A stretch of 64,000 nt of DNA from Pseudomonadota bacterium (GTDB lineage: Bacteria; Myxococcota; JACRCW01; JAFGSX01): the NCBI GenBank assembly GCA_043821645.1, contig JBDRCO010000072.1:1-64000 (forward strand), read 5' to 3'. The stretch's first letter is position 1; the number at the start of each line of letters is the position of its first letter. Position numbers and translations under genes: made by a program. Under the pieces are notes generated by a model. That model saw only the letters and a program-made list of their open reading frames with translations, did not search any database and was not told where the DNA came from. Below are positions 23,545 through 34,000 of the stretch, piece by piece.

Positions 23545-24489
23545 ATGAACCTCGACTGCGCTCGCTGTGGCGCCCACGTCGCCCTCGACCCCGACAGCGA
23601 TGTCGCCACCTGTCCCTACTGCGGCGCCACCAAGCTCATCGAGCGCGCGCACGACACCCCCGACGCTGACACGGCTGCAACCGAGAGCGTGTCCCGCACA
23701 GGATCCTCCTCGTCGGTGCTGGGCAAGGTGGGACTGGGCCTCGGCGTGGCTGCTGCCGTGGTCGGTATCGTGGTCTCCATGATCACCGCCGGGCCGACCA
23801 CGTCCTCGCCGCCGACCGCTTCTGCGCAACGACAGGACAAGCCCACAGCGCCGGAGGAGACCGCGCCCGCGGTGCTGGAGCAACCACCCGCTCCGGTGGT
23901 GTCCAGGCCGCAGGCCATCCGGATGCTGGAGCCCGAACTCCTGAGCTGCATGAAGCAGCACAAGGTGCACTACTTCATCGTACGCATCGGCCAGGGCTAC
24001 GACGCGCCCCCGGGTCTGTATCCCCCACTGGTCGTCCTTTATGACAATGCCACCGTCGAGTATCGCGAGGTGCAGGGCTTCTCGGCCACGCCACTGGGCC
24101 GCTGCGTGGTAGCCGCCGCGGCCAGGCTGTGGACCGATGCCCCTCGGGGGGCCTACATGCACTTCGGATTGCGCAACCCGGATGCGCGGGATCCCCTGGC
24201 TGGCAAACCGCGGAGCATCAACCAGGCCCTGGCCCACAAGGCCCTGGGTGATCTGGATGAAGCCGCCCGGGACTGCGGCAGGCGCCAGCTCCCGGGCTTC
24301 AAGCCCGGCCGCGACCTGAGCATGATCGTGCGATTCCGCGGCATCGACGGCCAGGTCGAGCAGGTGGAGCCCTACTACATCGACGAGAAATCGCCTTACG
24401 ACCAGTGCATCCGAGCTGCGTACAAGAGCGCCACGGTGCCGCAGTTTCGCGAACTGTCCGACAAGGTGCTGCACAAGTTGAGGCTGTGA
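23545..24489 (+). CDS. Bitopic membrane protein: N-terminal zinc ribbon, TM helix, Pro-rich linker, two disulfide-containing periplasmic domains (AgmX/TonB-C-like)
   Basis: CARC...CPYC; TM LGLGVAAAVVGIVVSMI; paired Cys in each C-terminal repeat. Confidence 0.6.
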   Translation: MNLDCARCGAHVALDPDSDVATCPYCGATKLIERAHDTPDADTAATESVSRTGSSSSVLGKVGLGLGVAAAVVGIVVSMITAGPTTSSPPTASAQRQDKPTAPEETAPAVLEQPPAPVVSRPQAIRMLEPELLSCMKQHKVHYFIVRIGQGYDAPPGLYPPLVVLYDNATVEYREVQGFSATPLGRCVVAAAARLWTDAPRGAYMHFGLRNPDARDPLAGKPRSINQALAHKALGDLDEAARDCGRRQLPGFKPGRDLSMIVRFRGIDGQVEQVEPYYIDEKSPYDQCIRAAYKSATVPQFRELSDKVLHKLRL

Positions 24490-24504
24490 GGCTCTGCAGA
24501 CATC

Positions 24505-25788
24505 TCAGTAGCTCGGCTTGCGCCGCGCCACACTGAGCCACACGCCGACGCCGAGCATCACAGTGAGCACCGACGATCCTCCGTAGGACACCAGCGGCAG
24601 CGTCACTCCCACCACCGGCATGAGCCCGGTGACCATGCCCACGTTGACCAGCATCTGCCAGAACACCACACCCGCAACGCCGATGGCGAGCAGGGCGCTG
24701 AAGCGATCGTGAGCACCCGCCGCGATGCGGATGCCCTTGACCAGCAGCAGGGCGAACAGCACCAGGAGGACCATGGCTCCGAACAGACCCCACTCCTCGG
24801 CCAGCACCGAGAAGGCGAAGTCGGTGTGGTTCTCGGGCAGGAAGGACAGCTGCGTCTGCGTGCCCTCCATGAAGCCCTTGCCCTGCACACCACCGGAGCC
24901 GATGGCGATCATGGACTGGTTGGCGTGGTAGCCGGCGCCCAGAGCGTCCGCCTCGGGGTTGAGGAAGGTCAGCACGCGCTGCTTCTGGTACTCCTTGAGC
25001 ACCTTGAACCAGGCCACCACCGCCCCGGCCACGCCAGCCACGGCCATCACCCCCAGCGAGCGGGCGCGCACACCCACGAACAGCACGATGGTGCCCGCGA
25101 TGGCGAGCACGATCAGGGTGGTGCCCAGATCCGGCTCGACCAGGATCAACACTGCCGGCGCCGCCATCAAGTCCATGGGCGCCACCCACACTTGCCGCGC
25201 CCAGCCCAGGCGTGCCGCGCGCAGAAACGACACCGCGCACCACAGCACGGTGACGATGACGAGCACGACGCGCAGCAGGGTGCTCCAGCCTGGAGATCCA
25301 GGAATCGCCACCTCCTCGAAGCGCAGCACCAGCACCGCAACCAGGGCCAGGGGCCGGCTCGGGTTGAGCGGCCGTACCAGGTCCACAAGACTCAAGGTCT
25401 GCCCGGGCTTGTAGCGCGCCATGTAACGCGCCATGGCGAGCACCATGGCCATCTTCATCAGCTCCGAGGGCTGCAGGTTGAACGCCCCGAAGCCTATCCA
25501 GCGCTGCGACCCCTTGATGGTGGTGCCCGCCACCAGCACCATCAGCAGCAAACCGCACACCACAAGGTAGATGGGGTAGGCCAGCCGCTCGTACCACGAG
25601 GTATCCAGCGCAGCCAGGCCCAGGGCCACCACCAGCCCCACCGCGACGTAGCCCATCTGGAAGTACTGCACGCCGGGGCGCGTGGCCTGCGAGGCAGAGA
25701 ACAGGTTGACCACGCCAACGGCGCCGACCGCCAGCACCAGCACCAGCAGTTCCCTGTCGAGGCTAGCAAAGAAGGCTCGCGGGTTCAC
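24505..25788 (-). CDS. rodA: Rod shape-determining SEDS glycosyltransferase RodA
   Basis: GSQRWI, QPSELMK, EPDLGT, IAIGSGG, FLPENHTDF, EEWG, LPLVSYGGSS. Confidence 0.96.
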   Translation of the reverse strand: MNPRAFFASLDRELLVLVLAVGAVGVVNLFSASQATRPGVQYFQMGYVAVGLVVALGLAALDTSWYERLAYPIYLVVCGLLLMVLVAGTTIKGSQRWIGFGAFNLQPSELMKMAMVLAMARYMARYKPGQTLSLVDLVRPLNPSRPLALVAVLVLRFEEVAIPGSPGWSTLLRVVLVIVTVLWCAVSFLRAARLGWARQVWVAPMDLMAAPAVLILVEPDLGTTLIVLAIAGTIVLFVGVRARSLGVMAVAGVAGAVVAWFKVLKEYQKQRVLTFLNPEADALGAGYHANQSMIAIGSGGVQGKGFMEGTQTQLSFLPENHTDFAFSVLAEEWGLFGAMVLLVLFALLLVKGIRIAAGAHDRFSALLAIGVAGVVFWQMLVNVGMVTGLMPVVGVTLPLVSYGGSSVLTVMLGVGVWLSVARRKPSY

Positions 25789-28028
25789 GGTCGCACCTGC
25801 TGCGGAGCATATTCCACGACGCGAACCTCGGGTGAATCGGCGCCCGGGCTGCGCTCGAGAGCACCGAGTTCCCGACTTCGCACGCGCTCGAAGTACGCGC
25901 GGATGACGTTGCCGGCGATGGGGGCCGCCTCGCTCCCACCATGACCCGAGTGCTCGTTGATGACAGCCACCGCGATCTCCGGATCGTCGGCGGGTGCGTA
26001 GGCTGCGAACCAGGCGTGGTCGCGCTCCCAGTAGTCGAGCTCGTGCAATTTTTTGATCGTCTCACCCATCTTGACGACCTGGGCGGTGCCGGTCTTGCCC
26101 GCCAGCGCGACCCCCGAGTTGCGCATCCACTCGGCGAGCCCCGCAGGTTCCCTGCGCCAGAACAGACCGTACGCCGTCCCTCCTTGTTCCAGCACCGCGG
26201 ACAACCCACCCTGGATGGCCTGGAGAAAGGCGGGGTCCACAGGCACACGCCAGCGCACGGCCGGGTCGAAGTGGTGGATCACGTTGCCCTCGTGATCGCG
26301 AATCTCCCGCACCAGCTGCGGCGCATACAGGGTCCCGCCGTTGCCGATGGCGGCATAGGCCAGGGCCAGCTGCAGCGGTGTCACCGAGATGTCCCCCTGA
26401 CCGATGCTATTGTTGACGACGTAGCCCTTCTGGTAGCCGTCGGGACGTCGCTCGTAGTAAGGGCGATCGGCAATCAGCCCCGGCACCTCGTGCCGCAGAT
26501 CGATGCCGCTGAGCGAGCCAAAACCCAGCAGGTGCGCGGCCTCGGCCAGGGCATCGATGCCGGCGTCGAAACCCACGGTGTAGAAGAAGACGTCACAGGA
26601 TTTCTGGATGGCCCGGTGCAGCTCCACCGATCCATGGCCGCCCAGGTTCCAGCAGCGCCAGACCGCGCGACCAAGCCGGAATGCACCGGGGCACGTGATG
26701 TGGCGACGGGTATCGAGCACGCCTGCCCGGGCACCCGCCACCGCCGTCACCACCTTGAAGGTCGAGCCCGGCGGGTACTGCTGCTGGATGGCCTTGTTGA
26801 TCCAGGGCTGCAAACGATCCGTGTCCAGGCGCCGCTTCTCCTCGGGCGAGATCTTGCCGCTGACCATGTTGGGGTCGTAGGCGGGCACGGACGCCATGGC
26901 CAGGATGAAGCCCGTCTTGGCCTCGACCGCGACCACCGCCCCGGCACGTCCCTCGATCTCGGCGAAGGTGTGCTCGGCCACCTGCTGCATCTCGGCGTCG
27001 ATGGATAGCACGAGGCTGTTGCCTGGCTGCGGTGACTCGCCCATGTCGTCACCCAGCAACTCGGCGGCGCGGGCATCGTCCATGCGCCGACCCATGGCAT
27101 CGACGACCACGCGTTCGACACCATCAATGCCCCGGAGTTCACGCTCGAAGGAACGCTCGAGCCCGGCCCGGCCGACCACGTCACCCATGCGGTAGCCGTC
27201 CTCGCGCAGCTGCTTGAGTTCCTCGCGACCCACCTCGTTGATGTAGCCAAGCACGTGCGCGCCCAGGCTCGCCATGCGGTAGCGCCGTCGCTGGGAGTGC
27301 TGCACATCGACGCCGGGCAGTTCGAACAGGCTGGCGCGGGTGTCCACGCGCACGAAGGCGTCCCAGGACACATCCCGGGCTACACGGATGGGCAGAAAGC
27401 GATCCAGTCCATGCGCCTCTTGCATGTCCTGACGAACCTCGTCGAGGGCCTCGGAGGGAACCCCCAGGGCCTCGGCCAAGCGCTTGAGCACGAGGTGCTG
27501 ACTCGGAAACTCGTCGGGCAAGATGAGAACACGCTGGCAGCGTGGACAAGCCGGGTCCGGCTCGAAGAGGATGCCGGGCAAGCGCTCGGCCTCGACGTAG
27601 CGGAGCAGTTCACCGGCGCTCGCCGGCGCCACCTGTTCCGCCAGGACGATGGGAGCGACTTGCTGTGCGCGCTGGGCAGCCAGGATGGCCTGGTCGAGCT
27701 CCAGCAGACGGTCGCGCGCGATACCAAGGCGCAGCCCGAGGGGACGCAGGGTCTTGAAGGAGTCCGGAACGAAGGCGGGGGTCAGGTACACGTCCTGGGC
27801 CGGACGGTTGTCGACGAGAACACGGCCGGCCCGGTCCAGAATGGAGCCGCGGTCGTGGGTGGCGCGACGCAGCTGCACGAAGTTGCTCTCGCTCTTGATG
27901 CGGAACTCGTCGCCCCGGACCACCTGCAGGTAGTACAGGCGCGCGATCAGCACCACGATGGCTGTCACCACCGCCGACGCGGTGAGCACGAATCGCAGGG
28001 GGCCAAAGGGAGGCTGATCGGAGCGCAT
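25785..28028 (-). CDS. mrdA: Penicillin-binding protein 2
   Basis: N-terminal TM, RGSILDR, GRAGLE, GSTFK (SxxK), SCD, KTGTAQ, DHAWF; lies between mreD and rodA. Confidence 0.95.
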   Translation of the reverse strand: MRSDQPPFGPLRFVLTASAVVTAIVVLIARLYYLQVVRGDEFRIKSESNFVQLRRATHDRGSILDRAGRVLVDNRPAQDVYLTPAFVPDSFKTLRPLGLRLGIARDRLLELDQAILAAQRAQQVAPIVLAEQVAPASAGELLRYVEAERLPGILFEPDPACPRCQRVLILPDEFPSQHLVLKRLAEALGVPSEALDEVRQDMQEAHGLDRFLPIRVARDVSWDAFVRVDTRASLFELPGVDVQHSQRRRYRMASLGAHVLGYINEVGREELKQLREDGYRMGDVVGRAGLERSFERELRGIDGVERVVVDAMGRRMDDARAAELLGDDMGESPQPGNSLVLSIDAEMQQVAEHTFAEIEGRAGAVVAVEAKTGFILAMASVPAYDPNMVSGKISPEEKRRLDTDRLQPWINKAIQQQYPPGSTFKVVTAVAGARAGVLDTRRHITCPGAFRLGRAVWRCWNLGGHGSVELHRAIQKSCDVFFYTVGFDAGIDALAEAAHLLGFGSLSGIDLRHEVPGLIADRPYYERRPDGYQKGYVVNNSIGQGDISVTPLQLALAYAAIGNGGTLYAPQLVREIRDHEGNVIHHFDPAVRWRVPVDPAFLQAIQGGLSAVLEQGGTAYGLFWRREPAGLAEWMRNSGVALAGKTGTAQVVKMGETIKKLHELDYWERDHAWFAAYAPADDPEIAVAVINEHSGHGGSEAAPIAGNVIRAYFERVRSRELGALERSPGADSPEVRVVEYAPQQVRP

Positions 28029-28540
28029 CACGGGTGCGCCTTCCATCCTTCGAGGGTGTCGTCCGCCAGCCGTCCATACAGGCGCTCGAGCAAAAACCAC
28101 AGGGGCACGGCGATGAGCCCGTCGAAGATCAGGGCCACGAGCTGGGTTCCGAGTCCCGCAACCCGCGCTCCCGCATCGCCCACCAGGGCCAGCAGCGCCG
28201 CGACCAGCAGCCGCATTCCGGCCGAGAGGACGAGCGCCAGAGGCAGGGCCGCGGCGCCGCGGTGAACACCCAGGATCTCGGACAGCGCACGCGCCAGCAG
28301 GTACACGATGGTGAAGGCCAGCATGTGAAGACCGGGTGGGGCTCCGGCCATCAGGTCGGTGCCGAGCCCGACCGCGCTTGCCCCCAGGGCTCCGGCCAGG
28401 GGGTCCAGGCGCACCGCCGTAAAGGTCAGAACCGCGACCGCGGGCTCGAGCCGCAGATCCTCGAACTGGAGCAGTGCGGCCAGCGCCGTGCACACCGCCT
28501 GGGCGAGGAGCGCGACCAGCAAGGGCAGCAGGGTCTTCAC
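28028..28540 (-). CDS. mreD: Rod shape-determining protein MreD
   Basis: Polytopic hydrophobic protein with GLGTDL...GLHML; lies between mreC and mrdA with overlapping start/stop codons. Confidence 0.85.
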   Translation of the reverse strand: MKTLLPLLVALLAQAVCTALAALLQFEDLRLEPAVAVLTFTAVRLDPLAGALGASAVGLGTDLMAGAPPGLHMLAFTIVYLLARALSEILGVHRGAAALPLALVLSAGMRLLVAALLALVGDAGARVAGLGTQLVALIFDGLIAVPLWFLLERLYGRLADDTLEGWKAHP

Positions 28541-29697
28541 CGTCGGTCCTCGGCTCGCCCCGCATCGCGCGACGCGGTTGTCGGTGGGCGTGAGGTGGGC
28601 GTGCCCGTGTCCCGGCGGTGCGGTGTCGTCGGGGACAGTGCGGGATCCACACGAGGCCGACCACTGTCGGCGGGAGGAATGGCCGGAGCAGATGCGGGAG
28701 CCACCGCGGGCACCGGGGCACGCACGGCGGGCCGCGTCGCAGCACCCGGCGCCTCCGCCGGCGTCGGGCGTGGCCGCCCCACGGAGACCACATCCGGCGC
28801 GGTCGCGTCCATGCCGCCAGCGTCGTCGGCGACGCCCGGGTTCCCACGCGTCCCTCCGAGTTCGGGCCAGGTCACCTCGTCGGGAGACGTGATGAGGACA
28901 ATCACCTCCTCGAGCCGCGAGAACACGACGCGGGGTTCGACCAGAGCATCGAGATAGAGCCCCATGCGCGGGCGCGTCACCTCGGCCACGCGGCCCACCG
29001 GAATGCCCTTGGGAAAGGTGCCGTCCAGACCCGAGGTCACCAGGACGTCATCCACGAACAGCTCCAGCGTCCGATCCACGGCATCCAGCCGACAGCGCCC
29101 CGCGGCTCCGCGGAGCACGCCTCGCGTCCGGCTGCGCTCGGCCATCACATCCAGGCGCATGCCGGCGTCGACGAGCAGGAGCACATCGGCGTATTCTCGT
29201 GACGCCACCACGACACGTCCCACCACGCCATCGGCGGTCACCACCCCGGCGCGACGCTGCACGCCATCGCGTGTGCCGCGATCGATACGCACATTTCGAT
29301 AGTTGGGGCTCTCGCCGAAGCCGATCACCCGCGCCACCACGCTTCGCGTGCCCGGCAGGCTTCGCTCGAGGTCGAGCAGGCGTCGGAGGCGTCGGTTCTC
29401 ACGGCCGGCCTCGTCCAGCACCGCACGCTCGCGCTGCATCCGCTGGAGCTGCTGGCGCAGCTCCACATTCTCATCGGCCACTCCCACCAGCCACAGGTAG
29501 GCATCACCGGTCCGTGCCACGGCGCGCCAGGTGCCTGTGACCGCGGCCTGGATGGGGCCGGTGACCCAGTGCACGAGGCGGGTCAGGCGCCCCGAGGACT
29601 CGCGACCACTCGCACTACCGTAGAGAAAGAACAAAGGAAGCAGCAGCAAGGCCGCGATGACGAGGAGGCTCCGGTAGCGGCGCAGCAGTTCCCGCAT
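28537..29697 (-). CDS. mreC: Rod shape-determining protein MreC with a long Pro/Ala-rich C-terminal tail
   Basis: TM, coiled coil ENRRLRRLL, IDRG..DGV, GVVGRV, VTSGLDGTFPKGIPVG. Confidence 0.93.
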   Translation of the reverse strand: MRELLRRYRSLLVIAALLLLPLFFLYGSASGRESSGRLTRLVHWVTGPIQAAVTGTWRAVARTGDAYLWLVGVADENVELRQQLQRMQRERAVLDEAGRENRRLRRLLDLERSLPGTRSVVARVIGFGESPNYRNVRIDRGTRDGVQRRAGVVTADGVVGRVVVASREYADVLLLVDAGMRLDVMAERSRTRGVLRGAAGRCRLDAVDRTLELFVDDVLVTSGLDGTFPKGIPVGRVAEVTRPRMGLYLDALVEPRVVFSRLEEVIVLITSPDEVTWPELGGTRGNPGVADDAGGMDATAPDVVSVGRPRPTPAEAPGAATRPAVRAPVPAVAPASAPAIPPADSGRPRVDPALSPTTPHRRDTGTPTSRPPTTASRDAGRAEDRR

Positions 29698-29703
29698 GGC
29701 AGA

Positions 29704-30735
29704 TCAGGCGATGGCGACGTGGCGAAGCAGGACCTCGTTGTCCAGCAGCTTGCCGCCTCCCAGCACGACCACGGTCAAGGGATCCTCGGCGACGATCACG
29801 GGCAGTCCGGTCTCATTGCTGAGCAAGCGATCCAGCCCATGCAGCAGCGCACCTCCGCCGGTGAGCACGATGCCGCGGTCCACGATGTCAGCCGCCAGCT
29901 CGGGAGGTGTGCGCTCGAGCGACACGCGCAGGGCCTCGACGATGGCGTTGACGGGCTCGGCGAGGGCTTCGCGCACCTCGTCCGCGTTGATCTCCACGGT
30001 TTTGGGGATACCCGCGACCAGGTCCCGGCCCTTGACCTCCATGGTGAGCAGGTCATCGGAGGGATAGGCGCTGCCGATGCGCATCTTGATCAGCTCGGCC
30101 GTCCGCGGCCCGATCAGCAGGCTGTACTTGCGCTTGACGTGGGCGACGATGGAGTCGTCCATCTTGTCGCCCGCCACGCGCACCGAGCGCGAGAACACGA
30201 TGCCGCCGAGACTGATCACCGCGACCTCGGTGGTGCCACCCCCCACGTCGACGATCATGGACCCGGAGGGCTCCTCCACCGGGAGTCCGGCTCCGATACC
30301 CGCGGCCATGGGTTCCTCGACCAGGATCACCTCGCGCGCCCCGGCCGAGGCTGCCGCCTCGCGAACCGCGCGCTTCTCGACCTCTGTCACCCCCACCGGC
30401 ATGCAGCAGACGATGCGTGGCCGCACCAGGGTGCCGCGGCTGGTGGCCTTCTGGATGAAGTAGCGCAGCATGTGCGAGGTGGCGTCGAAGTCGGCGATCA
30501 CGCCGTCCTTGATGGGCCTCACCGCGCGGATACTGCCGGGCGTTCGCCCCAGCATGTCCTTGGCTTCCTTGCCCACGGCGACGACAGCCGACTCGCGGCC
30601 ACTGCCTTCGCGCACGGCCACCACCGAGGGTTCGTTGACCACGATGCCCTTGCCGCGGACAAAAACCAGGGTATTGGCCGTTCCCAGGTCAATGGCCAGG
30701 TCCGAAGAGGTCACGCGTGTCAACCAGCTGAACAT
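29704..30735 (-). CDS. mreB: Actin-like rod shape protein MreB (alternative start 30744)
   Basis: [56 protein letters not shown]. Confidence 0.97.
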   Translation of the reverse strand: MFSWLTRVTSSDLAIDLGTANTLVFVRGKGIVVNEPSVVAVREGSGRESAVVAVGKEAKDMLGRTPGSIRAVRPIKDGVIADFDATSHMLRYFIQKATSRGTLVRPRIVCCMPVGVTEVEKRAVREAAASAGAREVILVEEPMAAGIGAGLPVEEPSGSMIVDVGGGTTEVAVISLGGIVFSRSVRVAGDKMDDSIVAHVKRKYSLLIGPRTAELIKMRIGSAYPSDDLLTMEVKGRDLVAGIPKTVEINADEVREALAEPVNAIVEALRVSLERTPPELAADIVDRGIVLTGGGALLHGLDRLLSNETGLPVIVAEDPLTVVVLGGGKLLDNEVLLRHVAIA

Positions 30736-30862
30736 CGTGAGCATCACCACGGCGCATCGGGGCGCGCCCAGTTTTGTCTCCGCCAGGACCCGGGCCCGGC
30801 GAGGTGCGACCTGTTCGGGAGCTTGAGCGGTGAGCCCCAAGTCCTGCGATCGAACGGCTTTT

Positions 30863-30891
30863 CTCATACCACCGGCGAAACCCCGGAGCAA
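30863..30891 (-). promoter_or_regulatory. Putative sigma70-type promoter of the mreB operon
   Basis: Minus strand TTGCTC-17 nt-TATGAG, with TG extension. Confidence 0.4.
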
Positions 30892-31005
30892 CGAGAACCC
30901 CATGCCTTGACAGGGTTTTTTCTTCCGCGCTGCGCGTCAGGCGGATTCTTCTCGGGCCGAGGCAGATGGCAGTGCCGGGAACAGCCGGGACCCGTTTGAG
31001 GCCTC

Positions 31006-34000
31006 TCAGCCCTCGATGTAGGCGAAGTACTGGTAGGCGACCTCGAACAGACTGCCGGCGGGTGGCAGGGTCTGCTGGTCGCCAAAGAACAGGATGCCAT
31101 TGGCTCCAGGCTCGTAGTCGAAGCCTTCATCGCGGCTTCGCGCCGAGGGCACGAACACCCCGGTGCGCTGCACCTTGACCGCCAGCGAGTTGGATACGGG
31201 CTGCCGCAGCAGGGGCGAGCGGCTGGCCGCACCGGCCGCTCCGATGAGGATGGCGGTGATGGTCTCGGCGAGGTTGGGATTGCAGATGCTTCCGGTGGCA
31301 CCGCCGGTCCCCTCGGCGACCTCGATGTACGCGTTTCCGGGTCGGGCCACGCCCAGCCCCACGCGCTGGCAGCCCCAGGGTCGAGGACCCACGATGCCGT
31401 ACACCTGGGCGCCCTGGGCGCGATAGTCCTCGGCGTAGCTCGCGACGCTGCGCAGGTTGATCGAATCCTCGTCGCTGACGAAGATGACCACCAGTGCTGC
31501 GTTGCTTCGCAACTGTCGGGCAGGATCGCTACTGGCGCGGGCTGCCGCGATGGCGCGCAGTCCGTACTCCAGCCCCATCTCGCGCCCGTTGCCGTTGATA
31601 CCGACGCGCACATTGTCGGCGAAGGTAGTCGGGTCGGTGGTGAACCCGCCGCCCTGCAATACCTCGCCGTCGGTGGTGGCCACACCCAGCCGGAAATCGA
31701 GCCCACTGGCCACCAGCGCGTCGTAGAAGGCACCCGTAGCGACGGACAGGGCTTGCTGCTCCTCCTGCATGCTGGCCGAGTTGTCGATGATCCACAGGAA
31801 GTCACTGCGCAGCTCGGGCAGGGTCTTGACCTCGCACTCCTTGCGCAGGGTATAGCCGGTCATGCCGACGTGGGTGGCGTTGGTCAGGTCGCCCATCAGC
31901 AGCTGGTTGTGGACGTAGCTGTCGGCCGGTGTGCTGGCCACCACCACCAGCACGCTCTCGGCGGAGAACAGGTACAGCACGTGCACCATGTGCTCGGTGG
32001 CGACGATGGCGGTGGGCAGGGACGTGGGTAACCCCTGGATGGTCCCGGGGAGCAGGTGGGACAGCGCTGCGAGAGCAGAACGTCGGACATAGGACGACGT
32101 CACGGGCGCCGGGAAGATCAGGCGCTGCACCGTGGCCACGCCCGCCCGGCCGAACAGGTCGTGAAACACACGACGGTGCGCCTCGATGCGCTCTGCCACC
32201 TGAGGCGCGGTGGGCAGCTGGTCCAGGGCCTGCACCTCGTTGAGCGCGAAGGCCGAGGCCATGCGCTCATCGCCCGGGTCCATGCCCGCTGGCATGGGCT
32301 GTCGCAGCACGAAACCGAGCACGTCGTCGGCCAGATCGTCGAGGGCAAAGGCCTCGGCACCCTCGAGCGCGATGCGGTCCGTCACCGGCGGTACCGCGAA
32401 GGGCAGCTCCGTCCCCGGCACCTGGGTCCCGATCTGGGTGATCACGGAACTCACCGGGCATGCCGTGGTGGCGAGGTCGCCCAGCACCAGATCGCGCGGC
32501 GTCTGGTCCCAGCCCACCGAGGCGTCACTCCGGGTTCCGAGGTCCGGGCTCCCTCCCTCGAGGGTGTTCATCCCTGCGTCATCCTCGGGCTCGACCACTC
32601 CTGGCACCAGCAGACTGCTATCGCAGGCAGGGACCAGGCTCAGGCTTGCGGCCAGACCCACGACGGCACAGAGCACCAGTACACCGCGCTTGCGGCGCCG
32701 CCAGGCCACGAGGACGCCCAGCAGACTGCCGACGATCAGCCAGCCTCGGGGCATACCCGCGGGCCCCGCGCTGCAGGTGCAGCCGAGGCGCAGCACACCC
32801 TTGGCATCCGGGAGCCCGGCCTCGACGCCTGCGTCCACCAAGATGACGAGTCCACCTCCGTCGGGCACGCTGATGTCCACATCGACGCCGCCAGCATCCT
32901 CGACCCCGGCGTCCTCCTCGGTCACGCAGACCGTGAAGCCCTGGGGATCCAGGTCCACGCTGTGATCGCAGTCATTGTCGAGGAGGTCACAGATCTCGGG
33001 CGCGCCCGGGTACACGGTGGGCTCGCTGTCGTCGCAATCACCGTCGCAGTTGGTGAAGCCGTCGGCGTCCGCATCGAAACAGGTGGCGCACATGTTGAAA
33101 GCGCCCAGCATCGCGTCGACGTAGCCGTCGCAGTTGTTGTCGATGCGATCGCAGGCTTCGCGTGCGTGGGGGTTGATGGTGTTGTCGGCATCGTTGCAGT
33201 CCCCGCAGTTGGGGCTGAAGCCATCGTTATCCAGGTCCTCCTCGCCCTCATCCACCTGGCCATCGCAATCGTCGTCGATGCCGTTACGGGGAACCTCGAG
33301 CCGGTCCGGGTTCACATCCGGATCGGTATCATCACAGTCACCCAGACAGGACACCCAGCGGTCGCCGTCTTCGTCGAAGCCCTCGTCTGCCGGTCCGTCG
33401 CAGTTATTGTCCTGGCCGTCGCAGATCTCGGGCGCCGCCTCGATCGTGCCAAAGGCGCCATGAACCGCGGCATTGTGGTCGTTGCAATCACCCTGGCAGG
33501 TGGTCACGCCATCGCCATCGATGTCGGTGTCCTCGTCGATGAGGCCATTGCAGTCGTTGTCGATGTTGTCGCCACAGACCTCGCGTCGCAGAGGACTTCG
33601 CAGCGGGTCCGTGTCGTCGCAATCTCCGGCGCAGACCGTGGCATGGTCACCGTCGGCGTCGAAGCCCTCGTCGACGGTCCCGTCGCAGTTGTTGTCAAAA
33701 CCGTCGCAGACCTCCGCGTGACCAGGGTTGATCTCGGCGAAGCGGTCATCGCAGTCGCCCTGGCCTATGGTGTAGCCGTCGCGATCCTCGTCCACGTCCT
33801 CGTCGATGGCTCCGTCGCAGTCATCGTCGATGCCGTTGTTCCAGATCTCGGCGAAGCCCGGACCCACCCGGGAGTCGCGGTCATTGCAGTCGCCGTCGCA
33901 GTTGCGGTAGCCGTCCTGATCCAGATCGTGGCAGGCGCCTCCCTCGCAGGCCCCCGCCTCGTCCACGACGCCGTCGCAGTTGTTGTCCTGGCAGTCGCAG

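Noticed and set aside
25785-28847. 1020-aa ORF-track call for PBP2 and other N-terminally extended calls (e.g. 6452, 11052, 21297, 40191, 60593)
   Set aside because: The extensions overlap real upstream genes or promoters; starts were reset using SD, overlap and signal-peptide evidence.
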